A DNA stretch of 62,811 nucleotides, counting the filler, from Nitrospinota bacterium (lineage in GTDB: Bacteria > JAUXIQ01): assembly GCA_030620925.1 (NCBI GenBank). It is 11 parts of 11 records of this genome, joined end to end, with 100 filler letters (N's around TTAATTAATTAA, not from the genome) between each part and the next. Parts side by side here need not be neighbours in the genome. Positions count along the whole stretch, not along the records: positions 9,668 to 14,899 come from JAUXIQ010000170.1; positions 15,000 to 18,689 come from JAUXIQ010000289.1; positions 18,790 to 22,149 come from JAUXIQ010000321.1; 8 more parts are not named here. One strand, given 5' to 3'. How positions within the stretch are numbered: the stretch's first letter is position 1; the number at the start of each line of letters is the position of its first letter. A program made the translations under genes and the position numbers. Below, in pieces: positions 9,990 through 20,720 of this stretch. The notes beneath the pieces were generated by a model. The model saw only the letters and a list, made by a program, of their open reading frames with translations. It ran no database searches and was not told where the DNA came from.

Positions 9990-11508
9990 CGCCAATGCCC
10001 TGGAAACCAGAATGGCCATTATTGAGAACGATGTGGTCACCGAGCTTTACATCGAGCGCGCCAGGGATAGAAGCATCGTAGGTAATATCTACAAGGGAGT
10101 GGTAACCAAAGTACTTCCCGGCATGCAGGCCTCGTTCGTGGATATCGGCCTGGAAAAGGCAGGGTTCCTCTACGTCTCCGATGTAGACGTGATGGACATC
10201 ATGGAAGAATACGAGAAGATGAAGACCGGGGAGAACGCTTTGGGGGTGCAGGAAGAACTTGAGCTTAAAAAGAAACCCAGATCATCGAGGAAACGACGCC
10301 AATCGAAGGCCATAGAGGAGATGCTGCAGGAAGGCCAGGAAGTGATGGTGCAGGTATCCAAGGAACCCATCGGCTCCAAGGGTTGCCGTATAACATCCTA
10401 CAGCACCCTCCCCGGCCGTTATCTGGTCTACATGCCCACCATAGACAATGTGGGAATTTCTCGCAGGATAGAAGCCGAAGCAGAACGCAAAAGACTCAGG
10501 GACATGATAAAGAGCCTCAAAAAGCAGGGGGCCGGATACATCGTGAGAACGGTGAGCGAAGGGACCAGAAAGGAAGAATTTGTCACGGATATAAAATATC
10601 TCAACAAGCTCTGGAACGACGTTCAGGAAAAAGCGGAAAAAGTATCAGCCCCCGCCCTGCTGCATTCGGATTTGAATCTCATTCTCCGCTCCTTTAGAGA
10701 CGCCTACACTAAGGACGTAGAGAAAATCATCATGGATTCCGAAGAAGAGTACAAAAACTGCATCGAATTCGTCCGCGCATACATGCCTCATGTGGAACCC
10801 AAAATCAAGCTGTACACCGAAAAAGAGCCCATCTTCGACGTCTACGGCATCGAGATGGAGATCGAGCGCGCACTGGGCAGGAAGATATGGCTCAAATCGG
10901 GAGGATACATAGTTATCGATCAAACCGAGGCCCTGGTGACCATAGACGTCAATACGGGCCGCTACGTGGGCAAAAGAAACCCTGAAGAGACCATCCTGAA
11001 AACCAACCTGGAAGCTATCAAGGAAATAGTGTACCAGCTCAAACTGCGCAACATCGGGGGAATAATCATAATCGATTTTATAGACATGGCCAAGGACGAA
11101 AGCAAAGAAAAAGTCTACTCCACCCTCGATGCCGCGCTGAAAACCGACAAGGCCAAGGCTAACATTCTCGAAGTATCCGAGTTGGGCTTGGTGGAGATGA
11201 CCCGGGAGAGGGTTCGGGAAAGCCTGAGCCGGGTGCTATGCGAACCCTGCCCCTACTGCGAAGGGAAGGGGAGAGTAAAATCGGCCGCCACCGCCTGCTA
11301 CGAAGTGTTCCGTGAAGTGAAGAGGGTAGCCAACTCATTCAAACGCTCACAGAAGATAATGGTCAACGTCCATCCCAAAGTATCGGACATGATCCTGGAA
11401 GAGGAGAGGCAATTCCTCGACAGGCTTGAAAAAGATCTGAAAAAGAGGATAATAATAAAAGCGGATTACGATCTGCATCTGGAACAATACGAAGTCATAA
11501 ACCTCTGA
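9967..11508 (+). CDS. rng: Ribonuclease G (Rne/Rng family)
   Basis: GNIYKGVVTKVLPGMQASFVDIG S1 domain, IDVNTG, IIIDFIDM, CPYCEG Zn-link. Confidence 0.96.
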   Translation: MPSEIVINANALETRMAIIENDVVTELYIERARDRSIVGNIYKGVVTKVLPGMQASFVDIGLEKAGFLYVSDVDVMDIMEEYEKMKTGENALGVQEELELKKKPRSSRKRRQSKAIEEMLQEGQEVMVQVSKEPIGSKGCRITSYSTLPGRYLVYMPTIDNVGISRRIEAEAERKRLRDMIKSLKKQGAGYIVRTVSEGTRKEEFVTDIKYLNKLWNDVQEKAEKVSAPALLHSDLNLILRSFRDAYTKDVEKIIMDSEEEYKNCIEFVRAYMPHVEPKIKLYTEKEPIFDVYGIEMEIERALGRKIWLKSGGYIVIDQTEALVTIDVNTGRYVGKRNPEETILKTNLEAIKEIVYQLKLRNIGGIIIIDFIDMAKDESKEKVYSTLDAALKTDKAKANILEVSELGLVEMTRERVRESLSRVLCEPCPYCEGKGRVKSAATACYEVFREVKRVANSFKRSQKIMVNVHPKVSDMILEEERQFLDRLEKDLKKRIIIKADYDLHLEQYEVINL

Positions 11509-11527
11509 TCGAGGCGCAGGGCACACC

Positions 11528-12316
11528 ATGAAAAAATCGCTAATCGTAAAAAGCGCAGCGTTGTTGGGGTCGGTAATCCTTTCAGCCGCGGGGTGCGTGG
11601 GAACGGCCCCCGTTATTGTGGCGGACTCTACTCCTGGTGCCGCAGCCGCCAATAATCGCCAGTTCCAGAGATTAGCCAGAAATATCGATTCCGTGGCAAG
11701 ACAGTTGCACAAGCTTGAGAAACGACTGGAATCCCTGGAGAAATTAGAAAATAGTCTGGAGTATATGGCGAAATTTGACGCGCGCATGGAAGCACTGGAA
11801 GAAACCGCGGAGCAATCCGAACAGATGGCTTTGCGTAACCAATCGATCATCAGCGAGTTGAAGGACAGCCTTTCCATCATGGAAGAACAGCGCGTCGCCA
11901 CCGCGGAGATAAAGAAAAAAGTGAGGATTTCCGCCAAGGGATTAAGCCAGGAAAAACTCTATCTTACCGCCTACCAGGAACATCTCTCCGGGAACTATAT
12001 CCAGGCTATTGAGCTGTTTTCCAGTTATCTGGCCGGCTACCCTGAAAGCCGCCTGGCCGACAACGCCCTTTACTGGATCGGTGAGGCATACTACAAGCTG
12101 GAAGACTTCTCCAGGGCCGTTAAACACCTGAAAAAAGTGGCCAAGGAATACCCCCGGGCCAACAAGGCGCCCTACGCCCTCTATAGCCTCGGGCTGGTCT
12201 ATCAGCAACTGGGAGATAGTTCATCGGCGGAAGACCATTTTAAAATGCTCACGGAAAACTACCCCGGAAGTGAGCTCGCCGAATTAGCCCGGATGAAGAT
12301 AGAAAAACTCCAGTAA
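11528..12316 (+). CDS. cpoB: Tol-Pal coordinator CpoB/YbgF-like lipoprotein (coiled coil + TPR)
   Basis: Lipobox LSAAGC, coiled coil, YPESRLADNALYWIGEAYY, KAPYALY. Confidence 0.82.
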   Translation: MKKSLIVKSAALLGSVILSAAGCVGTAPVIVADSTPGAAAANNRQFQRLARNIDSVARQLHKLEKRLESLEKLENSLEYMAKFDARMEALEETAEQSEQMALRNQSIISELKDSLSIMEEQRVATAEIKKKVRISAKGLSQEKLYLTAYQEHLSGNYIQAIELFSSYLAGYPESRLADNALYWIGEAYYKLEDFSRAVKHLKKVAKEYPRANKAPYALYSLGLVYQQLGDSSSAEDHFKMLTENYPGSELAELARMKIEKLQ

Positions 12317-12473
12317 AAACAGGCACTAGCGCGATAGGGAATACTCCAAAAACGCGAAACGTCTTGACTACTCTTCGCAACGACGTATATATTATCCCAG
12401 ATTTTCGCTCCGAATAGCGGGCGAATACAGCACTCGTTTCAATTTACCCCTATCCATCTCGGCAAGTGATCCC

Positions 12474-13577
12474 ATGAGTGAAGACATAAAATTGTGGATT
12501 GCCCTGAACCTGGTCCCCGGGGTGGGTAAAGTGACCTACCGCAAGCTCATAGAACGGTTCGGCGACCCGGCCGAAGTTTTCAGGGCGCAAAGGGTTGAGC
12601 TTAAAGAAATACCGGGTCTGACCGATAATACCATTAATGAGATTCTTAATTATAAAATCGGGGATCAACTCCAGCGAGAGCTTCAGAGCATAGAGGAGAA
12701 GCAGGTAACCATAGTCACCATGCGGGACTCTGCGTACCCTTTCAACCTGAAGCATATACACGATCCCCCGCCGCTGCTTTACGTCGAAGGGGAATTAAAG
12801 GAGGAAGACACCCTGGCCATATCCGTAGTAGGCACCCGGAGCCCGACCTGGTACGGGAAGGAAATAACCACCAGGCTGAGCGAAGGCCTGGCCAGAAGAG
12901 GGATAACCGTGGTAAGCGGTATGGCGAGAGGCATAGACAGCCTGGCGCATACCGCCGCCCTGGATGCGGGAGGGAGGTCCATCGCCGTTTTGGGCAACGG
13001 GTTGAAAGTTGTCTATCCCCCCGAAAACCGGGGATTGAAAGAGAGGATGAAGGAACAGGGTGCAGTCATCTCCGAGTTCATGATGGACGCCAAACCTGAC
13101 AGGCTCAACTTCCCCATACGCAACCGGATAATCAGCGGGCTTTCGCTGGGCACCGTGGTGGTCGAAGCACCGGCCAAGAGCGGAGCGCTTATCACCGCCC
13201 GCATCGCCCTGGAACAGAACCGGGAGGTATTCGCCGTGCCGGGCAGCGTGAGCTCGGCCAATAGCAAGGGCACCAACTCGCTCATCAAAAAAGGAGCCAA
13301 GCTGGTAGAAAACGTGGAAGACATAATGGAAGAGCTGCCCGGAGAGTTGGGCGGCCTCACCAATGGGTCTCCCGGTGAAGAGAAAACGCCCGAGCCCGAA
13401 CTTTCTCCCGAACATGCGGCGGTTTTTTCCTTGCTCCACCATGAAGCGCAACATATAGATATATTAACAGAACAGAGCGGTTTTCCCGCAGGTAAGGTGG
13501 CAGGCATACTCGCCAGCCTGGAGCTGGAAGGATTGATAAAGCAGCTTCCCGGTAAAACATTCATACGCAGCAGATAG
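12474..13577 (+). CDS. dprA: DNA-processing protein DprA/Smf
   Basis: DPPPLLY, VVGTR, VSGMARGID, FPIRNRIISGLS, SGALITA; C-terminal winged helix. Confidence 0.97.
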   Translation: MSEDIKLWIALNLVPGVGKVTYRKLIERFGDPAEVFRAQRVELKEIPGLTDNTINEILNYKIGDQLQRELQSIEEKQVTIVTMRDSAYPFNLKHIHDPPPLLYVEGELKEEDTLAISVVGTRSPTWYGKEITTRLSEGLARRGITVVSGMARGIDSLAHTAALDAGGRSIAVLGNGLKVVYPPENRGLKERMKEQGAVISEFMMDAKPDRLNFPIRNRIISGLSLGTVVVEAPAKSGALITARIALEQNREVFAVPGSVSSANSKGTNSLIKKGAKLVENVEDIMEELPGELGGLTNGSPGEEKTPEPELSPEHAAVFSLLHHEAQHIDILTEQSGFPAGKVAGILASLELEGLIKQLPGKTFIRSR

Positions 13578-13593
13578 GACGACGGAAGGAATC

Positions 13594-14899
13594 ATGGCTA
13601 AATCATTGGTAGTGGTCGAATCTCCGGCGAAAGTGCGCACCATTAAAAGGTACATAGGGAAAGATTACGAAGTCAAAGCCTCTATGGGCCACGTAAAAGA
13701 CCTGCCCAAAAATGAGCTGGGTGTGGACGTGGATGATGGGTTCAAACCCAAATACGTCGCCGTAAAGTCCAAGAACAATGTGCTCAAAGAGATAAAAGAC
13801 GCAGCAGGAAAGAGCGACACTATTTACCTGGCCCTTGACCCCGACCGCGAAGGAGAAGCCATAGCCTGGCACATCTCCAGCGAGATAGAGTCCGGCCACA
13901 AGGGACAGGATGTATATCGCGTGTTGTTCAACGAGATAACCCGCAGCGCCGTCACCCAGGCCCTGGCAAACCCCGGCCGAATAGACCAGAATAAAGTCGA
14001 TGCCCAGCAAGCGCGCAGGATACTGGACCGCCTGGTGGGCTATAAGCTGAGTCCCCTGTTGTGGTCCAAGGTTCGCCGCGGCCTGAGCGCCGGTCGTGTG
14101 CAGTCCGTGGCCCTGCGCCTGATCTGCGATAGGGAAAAAGAGATAAACGACTTCGTTTCCGAGGAGTACTGGAGCATAACCGCATCGCTGGAGGCCGAAG
14201 AGCCACCAGCTTTCGAGGCCAAGCTGAACAAGATCGATGGCAAAAAGGCCAACGTCAAAAACCAGGAGACGGCCCAGGCCATCGTCGACCAGGCGCAGGG
14301 ATCACCCTTCAAGGTATCCAAACTCCAGCGCAAGGAACGGAGGAGGAACCCCTCGGCCCCCTTCATCACCAGCACCCTTCAGCAGGAAGCCTTCAAACAG
14401 TTGCGTTTTTCGGCCAGGAAAACCATGACACTGGCCCAGAAGCTATACGAAGGGTTAGACGTCGGAGATGAGGGCACAATGGGGCTCATTACCTACATGC
14501 GGACCGATTCCAGACGGGTTTCAGAAGAGGCGCGAAGCCAGGCCAGAGACTACATAGCCGCCAATTACGGCAAGGAGTTCATACCCAAGAAAGCCAGGGA
14601 ATACAAAAATAAAAGCACCGCCCAGGAAGCCCACGAAGCCATACGGCCCACCATACCCGGGCGCAGCCCCGAAGACGTGAAGTCCTTCTTGCAGGGCGAC
14701 GAATACGCGCTCTACCGGCTCATCTGGAACCGTTTCACGGCCTCTCAGATGTCCTCCGCCGTCTACGATACCACCACCGTGGACATCCAGTCGGGCAAAT
14801 ACGAATTCCGGGCCACGGGCTCCATCGTAAAATTTCAGGGGTTCACTATCCTGTATGAGGAAGCGGAAGAAGCCGATGAAAAGAAGACCCCCGAAAGCC
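13594..14899 (+). CDS. topA: DNA topoisomerase I (3'-truncated)
   Basis: VVESPAK, DPDREGEAI, SAGRVQS, LITYMRTDS, AQEAHEAIRPT. Confidence 0.98.
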
Positions 14900-15000
14900 N
14901 NNNNNNNNNNNNNNNNNNNNNNNNNNNNNNNNNNNNNNNNNNNTTAATTAATTAANNNNNNNNNNNNNNNNNNNNNNNNNNNNNNNNNNNNNNNNNNNNC

Positions 15001-15219
15001 CTGTTCGGTGTTGCAAGAGACACCGCAACAGTGATATTCTCGTGCTCTCAGGGTTTGGGCCTGGACATGGGGAATCTCATGGCTTCGGCCGCTGAGTTAG
15101 TGGGCGGCAAGGGCGGCGGCAAGCCGACCCTGGCCCAGGGAGGCGGGCCTCGGGTTGACCGCCTTCAGGAGGCAATCGATAAAGCGGAGGAGAGTGTCAC
15201 TAAGTTCATCGAGGCATGA
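15001..15219 (+). CDS. DHHA1 domain, C-terminus of AlaRS or an AlaX editing protein (5'-truncated)
   Basis: GGKGGGKPTLAQGGG. Confidence 0.8.
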   Translation: MFGVARDTATVIFSCSQGLGLDMGNLMASAAELVGGKGGGKPTLAQGGGPRVDRLQEAIDKAEESVTKFIEA

Positions 15220-15287
15220 CCGGGTATTAAAGGGTAAGAGATCCTCAGTTCATCCTATGAAGCACTGAAAACATGGAGGACATCGAG

Positions 15288-16628
15288 ATGGCGTCCAAGG
15301 TTTGGTATGCAGGCAACAGAAGCTACTCCCCGGCAACCAGCTACGTGGCAGACATGCTGGAGGTATTCGAAGCGGCGGAGTTGGATAAGCTGATTAAGCC
15401 AAACGATGTAGTGGCCATAAAATTACACTGCGGCGAGTGGAACAACACCGCTTATCTCAGACCGGTATACGCCCGGACGCTGGCGGACAAGATCAAGAGC
15501 CTGGGCGGTCGCCCCTTCGTCACCGATACCACCACCCTCAACTACAACCCCTATCCTGCACGGGTAACGGAGCTGGACATGAGGTTTACCGCCGAGCGCA
15601 ACGGTTACACCTCGGAAGCCCTGGGGTGTCCCTTCATAGTAGCAGACGGCTGGATGGGCACAGACGATGTCCATATCGACCTGCCTGAAGGCTATATCCT
15701 TAAGGAGGCTTTTATAGCCAAGGCCGTCGCTCACGCCGACGTCCTCATCACCCTCACCCATTTCAAAGGCCACCCCATGGGGGTTATCGGAGGCGCCTTG
15801 AAGAACCTGGGCATAGGGGCGCAGTCCAAACGGGGCAAGTATAACGTACACCTGGGCGGCCACCCCGCTTACGGGATGGGGGCCACCACGGAGTTTCACC
15901 CGGAGCGCTGCAAGGGCAAGAATGAATGCCCCACCTGGAAGCTTTGCCGGGACTGCTGCCCTTACGGACTGTTCAATGTCAAGGACGACACCATCGAGTG
16001 GAAGAGGGAGAAATGCGTGGGCTGCCTGGCACACCTGGGAGCGACCGTGGGCTGCGGCGTAATGGACATCCCCCGGGAACCCCTGGAAGGACTGCACGCG
16101 GCCATAGCCGATGCCTGCATGGCAACCGTCAAGGCGGTGGGAAAAGACAAGGTGGGATTTATCAACATGGGCATCGACGTCTCGCCCTATTGCGACTGCG
16201 TGATGTACGCCGACATGCCCCTGGTCCCTCATATCGGAATTTTCGCCAGTAAAGACCCGGTGGCCATAGACATGGCTTGTGTGGATAAAGTCACCGAATC
16301 GGAGGGCACTCCGGGATCAGCGGCCGAAGATCACGACGTCGCCGGCTCAGGCGCTAAAAAGTTCGAGAACGCCGCCGCCCTTATACACGGCCTCAGCGAG
16401 CAGGCGCAGATAAACACCGGGGCCATCATAGGGCTGGGAAGCAAGGAGTACGAGCTTATCAAAGTCAAGCCCTCGGCTACCAAGTATTACGGCTTCACCG
16501 AGGATACACGCCCCGGCGGCGCACGGTTCAAGAAACTGTTCAGCAAGGAAGACCCCTTCCCCAGGGATAGGTTCAACGGCCAGGGCTTCAAGCGCGAGGA
16601 AAAGATCGATTTCGAAAAGATAAGATAG
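15288..16628 (+). CDS. DUF362-domain Fe-S protein (COG2768-like)
   Basis: VAIKLHCGE, PFVTDTTT, LTHFKGH...GGALKNLGIG, inserted Cys-rich ferredoxin, DVSPYCDC, SKDPVAID. Confidence 0.88.
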   Translation: MASKVWYAGNRSYSPATSYVADMLEVFEAAELDKLIKPNDVVAIKLHCGEWNNTAYLRPVYARTLADKIKSLGGRPFVTDTTTLNYNPYPARVTELDMRFTAERNGYTSEALGCPFIVADGWMGTDDVHIDLPEGYILKEAFIAKAVAHADVLITLTHFKGHPMGVIGGALKNLGIGAQSKRGKYNVHLGGHPAYGMGATTEFHPERCKGKNECPTWKLCRDCCPYGLFNVKDDTIEWKREKCVGCLAHLGATVGCGVMDIPREPLEGLHAAIADACMATVKAVGKDKVGFINMGIDVSPYCDCVMYADMPLVPHIGIFASKDPVAIDMACVDKVTESEGTPGSAAEDHDVAGSGAKKFENAAALIHGLSEQAQINTGAIIGLGSKEYELIKVKPSATKYYGFTEDTRPGGARFKKLFSKEDPFPRDRFNGQGFKREEKIDFEKIR

Positions 16629-16640
16629 AGGAGGTCTCCC

Positions 16641-16979
16641 GTGTCTAAAGGATTGGTTAATCTTGACCTGATAATTGAAGGCTGCCGCCGCACCATTGAG
16701 GAACTGAAGAAAATGGAAGGCGGCGACCTCTCCGAAGAGCTGCAGACACTGGAGCGGATGGAGGGGGAGTTGGAGGGACTCAAGGATAAGTTTTTCATGA
16801 AGACGGTGGCGGCGGTTCCCGCCACCAAAACGTGTGTGGATGAAGTGGAAAAGGTTAATCAGGCCCTGGCCGGGAACAAAGACAACCCGGCAGCCCTTAA
16901 GCAGAAGCTGAACAATGTGACGGATGCCGTGGAGGTGCTTCTGAGCAAGGCACAGATGCGAGGGACAACTTTAACCTGA
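16641..16979 (+). CDS. Hypothetical all-helical protein, coupled to the DUF362 gene
   Basis: GAGGAGG SD, GTG start 12 nt after the upstream stop; heptad-like composition. Confidence 0.75.
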   Translation: MSKGLVNLDLIIEGCRRTIEELKKMEGGDLSEELQTLERMEGELEGLKDKFFMKTVAAVPATKTCVDEVEKVNQALAGNKDNPAALKQKLNNVTDAVEVLLSKAQMRGTTLT

Positions 16980-17105
16980 CAACTCCCGATACACTATTGC
17001 GGGGCTGAAAGCCCCGCCAATGAACAGGTTTAACAGTACCGAAAGTTAAGAGGGGCGGTATTTTACCGCACCGCGAAGCTGGCTGGCAGCGGGATATCAT
17101 GGATC

Positions 17106-17984
17106 ATGAATACTGAACCATTGGTGCTCATAACCGGCGGAGGAGGCAGCCTGGGGGCGGAGCTTACATTGCTGCTCAGCGGTATGGGCCGCAAGGTGCG
17201 GGTTTTTGATCTGCCCGGGCTGGATTACGACCTGCTGGAGGAGACCGCGGGGATTGAGGTTTTCCCCGGCGACATCACGGACAGGGCCTCTCTCAGCGAG
17301 GCCGCTGCCGACGTCGATTCGGTCATCCACCTCGCCGCCCTGCTTCCACCCGCCACCGAGGAAGACTGGACCCGGACGGAAGCGGTCAACGTGGGGGGAA
17401 CGGGAAGCTTGCTGGACGCCGTCCGGCAGCGGAACAGCGAGGCGCATTTTATTTTCAGCTCGTCGGTGGCCGCATACGGGGATACCACCGATGAAAACGA
17501 GCCGCTGACCGTGGAGCGCGAGTTCAGACCCAACGATTTCTATTCCCGCAGTAAGGCGCTGGCCGAAAAACTGGTCGTGGAGTCGGGATTACCCTATACC
17601 GTGCTGCGAATTTCGGGCATCGCCATACCGGCCTTCCTGGAACCTCCCGCCGTCTGGCCTTTCATGCGGGATCAGAGGATGGAGTTCGTCTGCCGGGGAG
17701 ACGTAGTCGCCGCCCTCTTCCACAGCGTCGGAAACGGGGAGGCGCGGGGCAGGGTGTTCAACGTAGCCGGTGGGCCCACCTGGCAGATGCTGGGGCATCA
17801 ATACGTGGAGGCGCTGTTCGAGCTGATGGGCGTCCTCCCCGAGGAAGCCCGCTACATGGACCAACCGGGGTGGTTCGACTGGTATCAGACCTCCGATTCC
17901 CAGGCCGCACTCGACTTTCAGCAGACCTCCTTCCAGGACTTTCTGATCATGGTAAAGAAGGCGGTTGAGGAATTGCTGGGATGA
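17106..17984 (+). CDS. NAD-dependent epimerase/dehydratase (extended SDR)
   Basis: ITGGGGSLG, IHLAA, VNVGGT, FSSS, YSRSK. Confidence 0.92.
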   Translation: MNTEPLVLITGGGGSLGAELTLLLSGMGRKVRVFDLPGLDYDLLEETAGIEVFPGDITDRASLSEAAADVDSVIHLAALLPPATEEDWTRTEAVNVGGTGSLLDAVRQRNSEAHFIFSSSVAAYGDTTDENEPLTVEREFRPNDFYSRSKALAEKLVVESGLPYTVLRISGIAIPAFLEPPAVWPFMRDQRMEFVCRGDVVAALFHSVGNGEARGRVFNVAGGPTWQMLGHQYVEALFELMGVLPEEARYMDQPGWFDWYQTSDSQAALDFQQTSFQDFLIMVKKAVEELLG

Positions 17985-18176
17985 GCGCGGATATTATGGC
18001 AGGGGGGGAAATTTTCGTTGCAATATACTGCCGCCCTGATATATTGGACGCCTAATGTTGCCTGTTTATGTAACTTCCGGTTTTTAGCCAGAACTAAGAT
18101 GTCAGCCTGAAAGCTTGTTGACGGACAGTAACCTTCGGGCGAGCACCTTGATGCTGAATAAAGGGGGGAAAAGGCC

Positions 18177-18659
18177 ATGGCTAAGACTCTTCTCATCAAA
18201 CCGGAGACCTGCACAGCCTGTAAGCGCTGTGAACTGGCATGCTCTTTTAAATTCTCCGGAGAGTTCAATCCAACGCTCTCCAGGATCACCGCCTTCATTT
18301 ACGACCAGGAAGCTTTTTACATCCCGGTGACCTGTACCCAGTGCGACGACCCATGGTGCGGAAGGGCCTGCCCGGCGGCGGCCATCTCCAAGGACCCGGA
18401 TACCGGCACGGTACACGTGGACGAGGCACGCTGCGTGGGCTGCAAGATGTGCACGCTGGCCTGCCCCTTCGGGGTGATCTCCTACAATCCGACCGAGGGG
18501 ATAGTGAACAAGTGTGAGCTGTGCGAAGGCGACCCGGAGTGCATCAAATTCGGCCCCACCGACTGCCTCACCATGGTGGAAGAAGAAGTGGCCACCACCA
18601 CCAAAAAGAAGGCGCTCTCTCAAAAACTCCTGGACTCCTACCGGGAAGCGAAGTTTTAA
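18177..18659 (+). CDS. 4Fe-4S electron-transfer subunit (DmsB/AorA/CooF-like)
   Basis: CTACKRCELAC, CTQCDDPWCGRAC, CVGCKMCTLAC, KCELC. Confidence 0.93.
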   Translation: MAKTLLIKPETCTACKRCELACSFKFSGEFNPTLSRITAFIYDQEAFYIPVTCTQCDDPWCGRACPAAAISKDPDTGTVHVDEARCVGCKMCTLACPFGVISYNPTEGIVNKCELCEGDPECIKFGPTDCLTMVEEEVATTTKKKALSQKLLDSYREAKF

Positions 18660-18789
18660 CGGATAGGGGCTAATTACAATTAAATTATANNNNNNNNNNN
18701 NNNNNNNNNNNNNNNNNNNNNNNNNNNNNNNNNTTAATTAATTAANNNNNNNNNNNNNNNNNNNNNNNNNNNNNNNNNNNNNNNNNNNN

Positions 18790-18952
18790 CCCCGTCGCGC
18801 AGCTCCCAGCCCTTAATTTCATGCAGCAGCTCGACTGCTGCTTCCACTCCCAGCGGCTCCGCCCCACCCTCGCAGGGCACGCATTTCCGTTGAGCGAGGT
18901 CTCCCCTGCGGCCGACTTTTTTCTCTGCGTCCATCGATCTCCTTTCCTCCAT
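18790..18952 (-). CDS. phhB: Pterin-4-alpha-carbinolamine dehydratase N-terminus (3'-truncated)
   Basis: DLAQRKCVPCEGG.EPL...LL..I.GW. Confidence 0.75.
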
Positions 18953-19081
18953 TGCTTTTTAATTCCCAGGATCATCGACATGTTATATATAATATATAAG
19001 CTCAGAAGGCCGTGACCGAGAAGTTGCGGCGGAAAGAAGCTACGAATCGAAAAGCGTTTACAGTAAATTCGGAGATTCTTC

Positions 19082-20469
19082 ATGAAGCTTAAAATAATCT
19101 TCCCCGCTAACGACCGCCTGGTGAGCCAGCGATTAAAAGCCGCTCCCGCGCCGCCCCTTTCGCTCGAATATCTGGCCGGATTAGCCCCCTCAGACGCCGA
19201 GGTGGAGCTTGTGGACATGGGCCAGGGGGATGATCCCGGCTGCGATGACGCCGAAGAAGGTGAAGTGGACCTTGCGGCCCTCCACGTGCGCACGCCGGTG
19301 GCCACCACCGCCTTCCGCATCGCCGACCGGTTCAGGGCCCGGGGCATCAAGGTGGCCATGGGAGGCCCGCACCCCACGCTCCTCCCCGCAGAATGCAAGG
19401 CCCACTGCGACGCCGTCTGCATAGGCGAGGGCGAAAAGGCCTGGCCGGCGATGCTGGAAGACCTGGCTGCAGGCGATCTCAGAGACTACTACATCGGCGG
19501 GCCCTTCGCCACGGCGGGTCTCAAGGGAAGAACGCGCAAGTTCCCCTCCAGGCCGAACCTCCGCAACCTGTCGTGGCCGCGCAGGGGTCTGTTCTCTGAA
19601 GGGCGCTACGCGCTGAGCGGCGTGTTCGTCAGTCGCGGCTGTCCTTACGATTGCAAGTTCTGCTCGGTGAGAAACCTGCAGGGGGCAACCGTGCGCCTGA
19701 GGCCGGAGGAAGAGGTGCTGGAAGAGATTTCAGGGATAAAGGGCCCATATTTTTCGCCGAGGAGAACGCAACGGGCGTCCCCGCCAAAAGCGACTACTTC
19801 GTCAGCCTGTTCAAAGGAATGGCGGGGATGAGGGCGGGGCGGCACTGGGCGGGCGCCAGCACCATAGCCATGGCCGCGCAGAAGCGGGGCAGAAAAGTCC
19901 TGGAGGCGGCGGCCGAGAGCGGCTACTGCTTCGCCTTCATCGGGTTCGAGACTCTTTCCGGAGATTCGGCCCAAAGCGCGGGCGTCCTGGGGAAGCTGGG
20001 CCATTCCCGCCCTGAAACGTTCGACCTGAAGAAGATGGAAGAGCTGGTAAAAGTATACTACGACCTGGGCGTCTACGTGATGGGATATTTCATCATCGGT
20101 TTCGATGAGGACACCGCGGAGACCTACAAACGAATAATCGATTTCTGCGACCGCACCATGATCCTGCCCATGTTCACCCTGCTGGCCCCCATGCCCGGCA
20201 CCCAGCTTTATGAGGAATACAGCCGCCAGGGCCGATTCCGCCGCAATATCGAGTGGGACGACTTCGGCTGCGACTCGCTGACTTTCAAGCATCCCCGCTT
20301 CTCAGCTCCCAAACTCGAGCGGCATTACAACGAGCTGTGGGAGCAGACGTATACCCCCGACCGCCTCGTGGCCCGGCTCGATTTCGTGCGCAAAGTATCG
20401 CCTCCCTCCTTCAACATCGCCTACGAGACTCAGCTAAACATCATGCGCGCCTTCCTGCCCAGGGGATAA
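19082..20469 (+). pseudogene. B12-binding radical SAM protein interrupted by a -1 frameshift near 19740 (pseudogene, sequencing error or recoding)
   Basis: ORF1: PPLSLEYLA, MGGPHPT, IGEGE, SRGCPYDCKFC; ORF2 continues FFAEEN, IGFET, FIIGFDED, LAPMPGT. Confidence 0.85.
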
Positions 20470-20720
20470 TAGAGCAATGGCACAGGCCGCTCTGTAACCT
20501 CGCAGCCGCCCCCAAAGCAATTCCTCAGCCCAAACTGTGCCATCGGGATTCATGATACCCGTCGAGACGCTTGCTCTAGGGGTCTGTGGAATCGGCTTAC
20601 AGGAAAAACGGAAAATTTGTGCAAGACATATTGTAACAGGTTCCCTCCGTCATATTATTCAAGTTGAATGCTAAAAAACTCAAAGCACGTAATCGGATGT
20701 CGAGATAAGGGGAAATTACA

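Noticed and set aside
11528-12316. cpoB located away from tol-pal genes
   Set aside because: Extra or relocated YbgF-like TPR lipoproteins are common; nothing further supports novelty.
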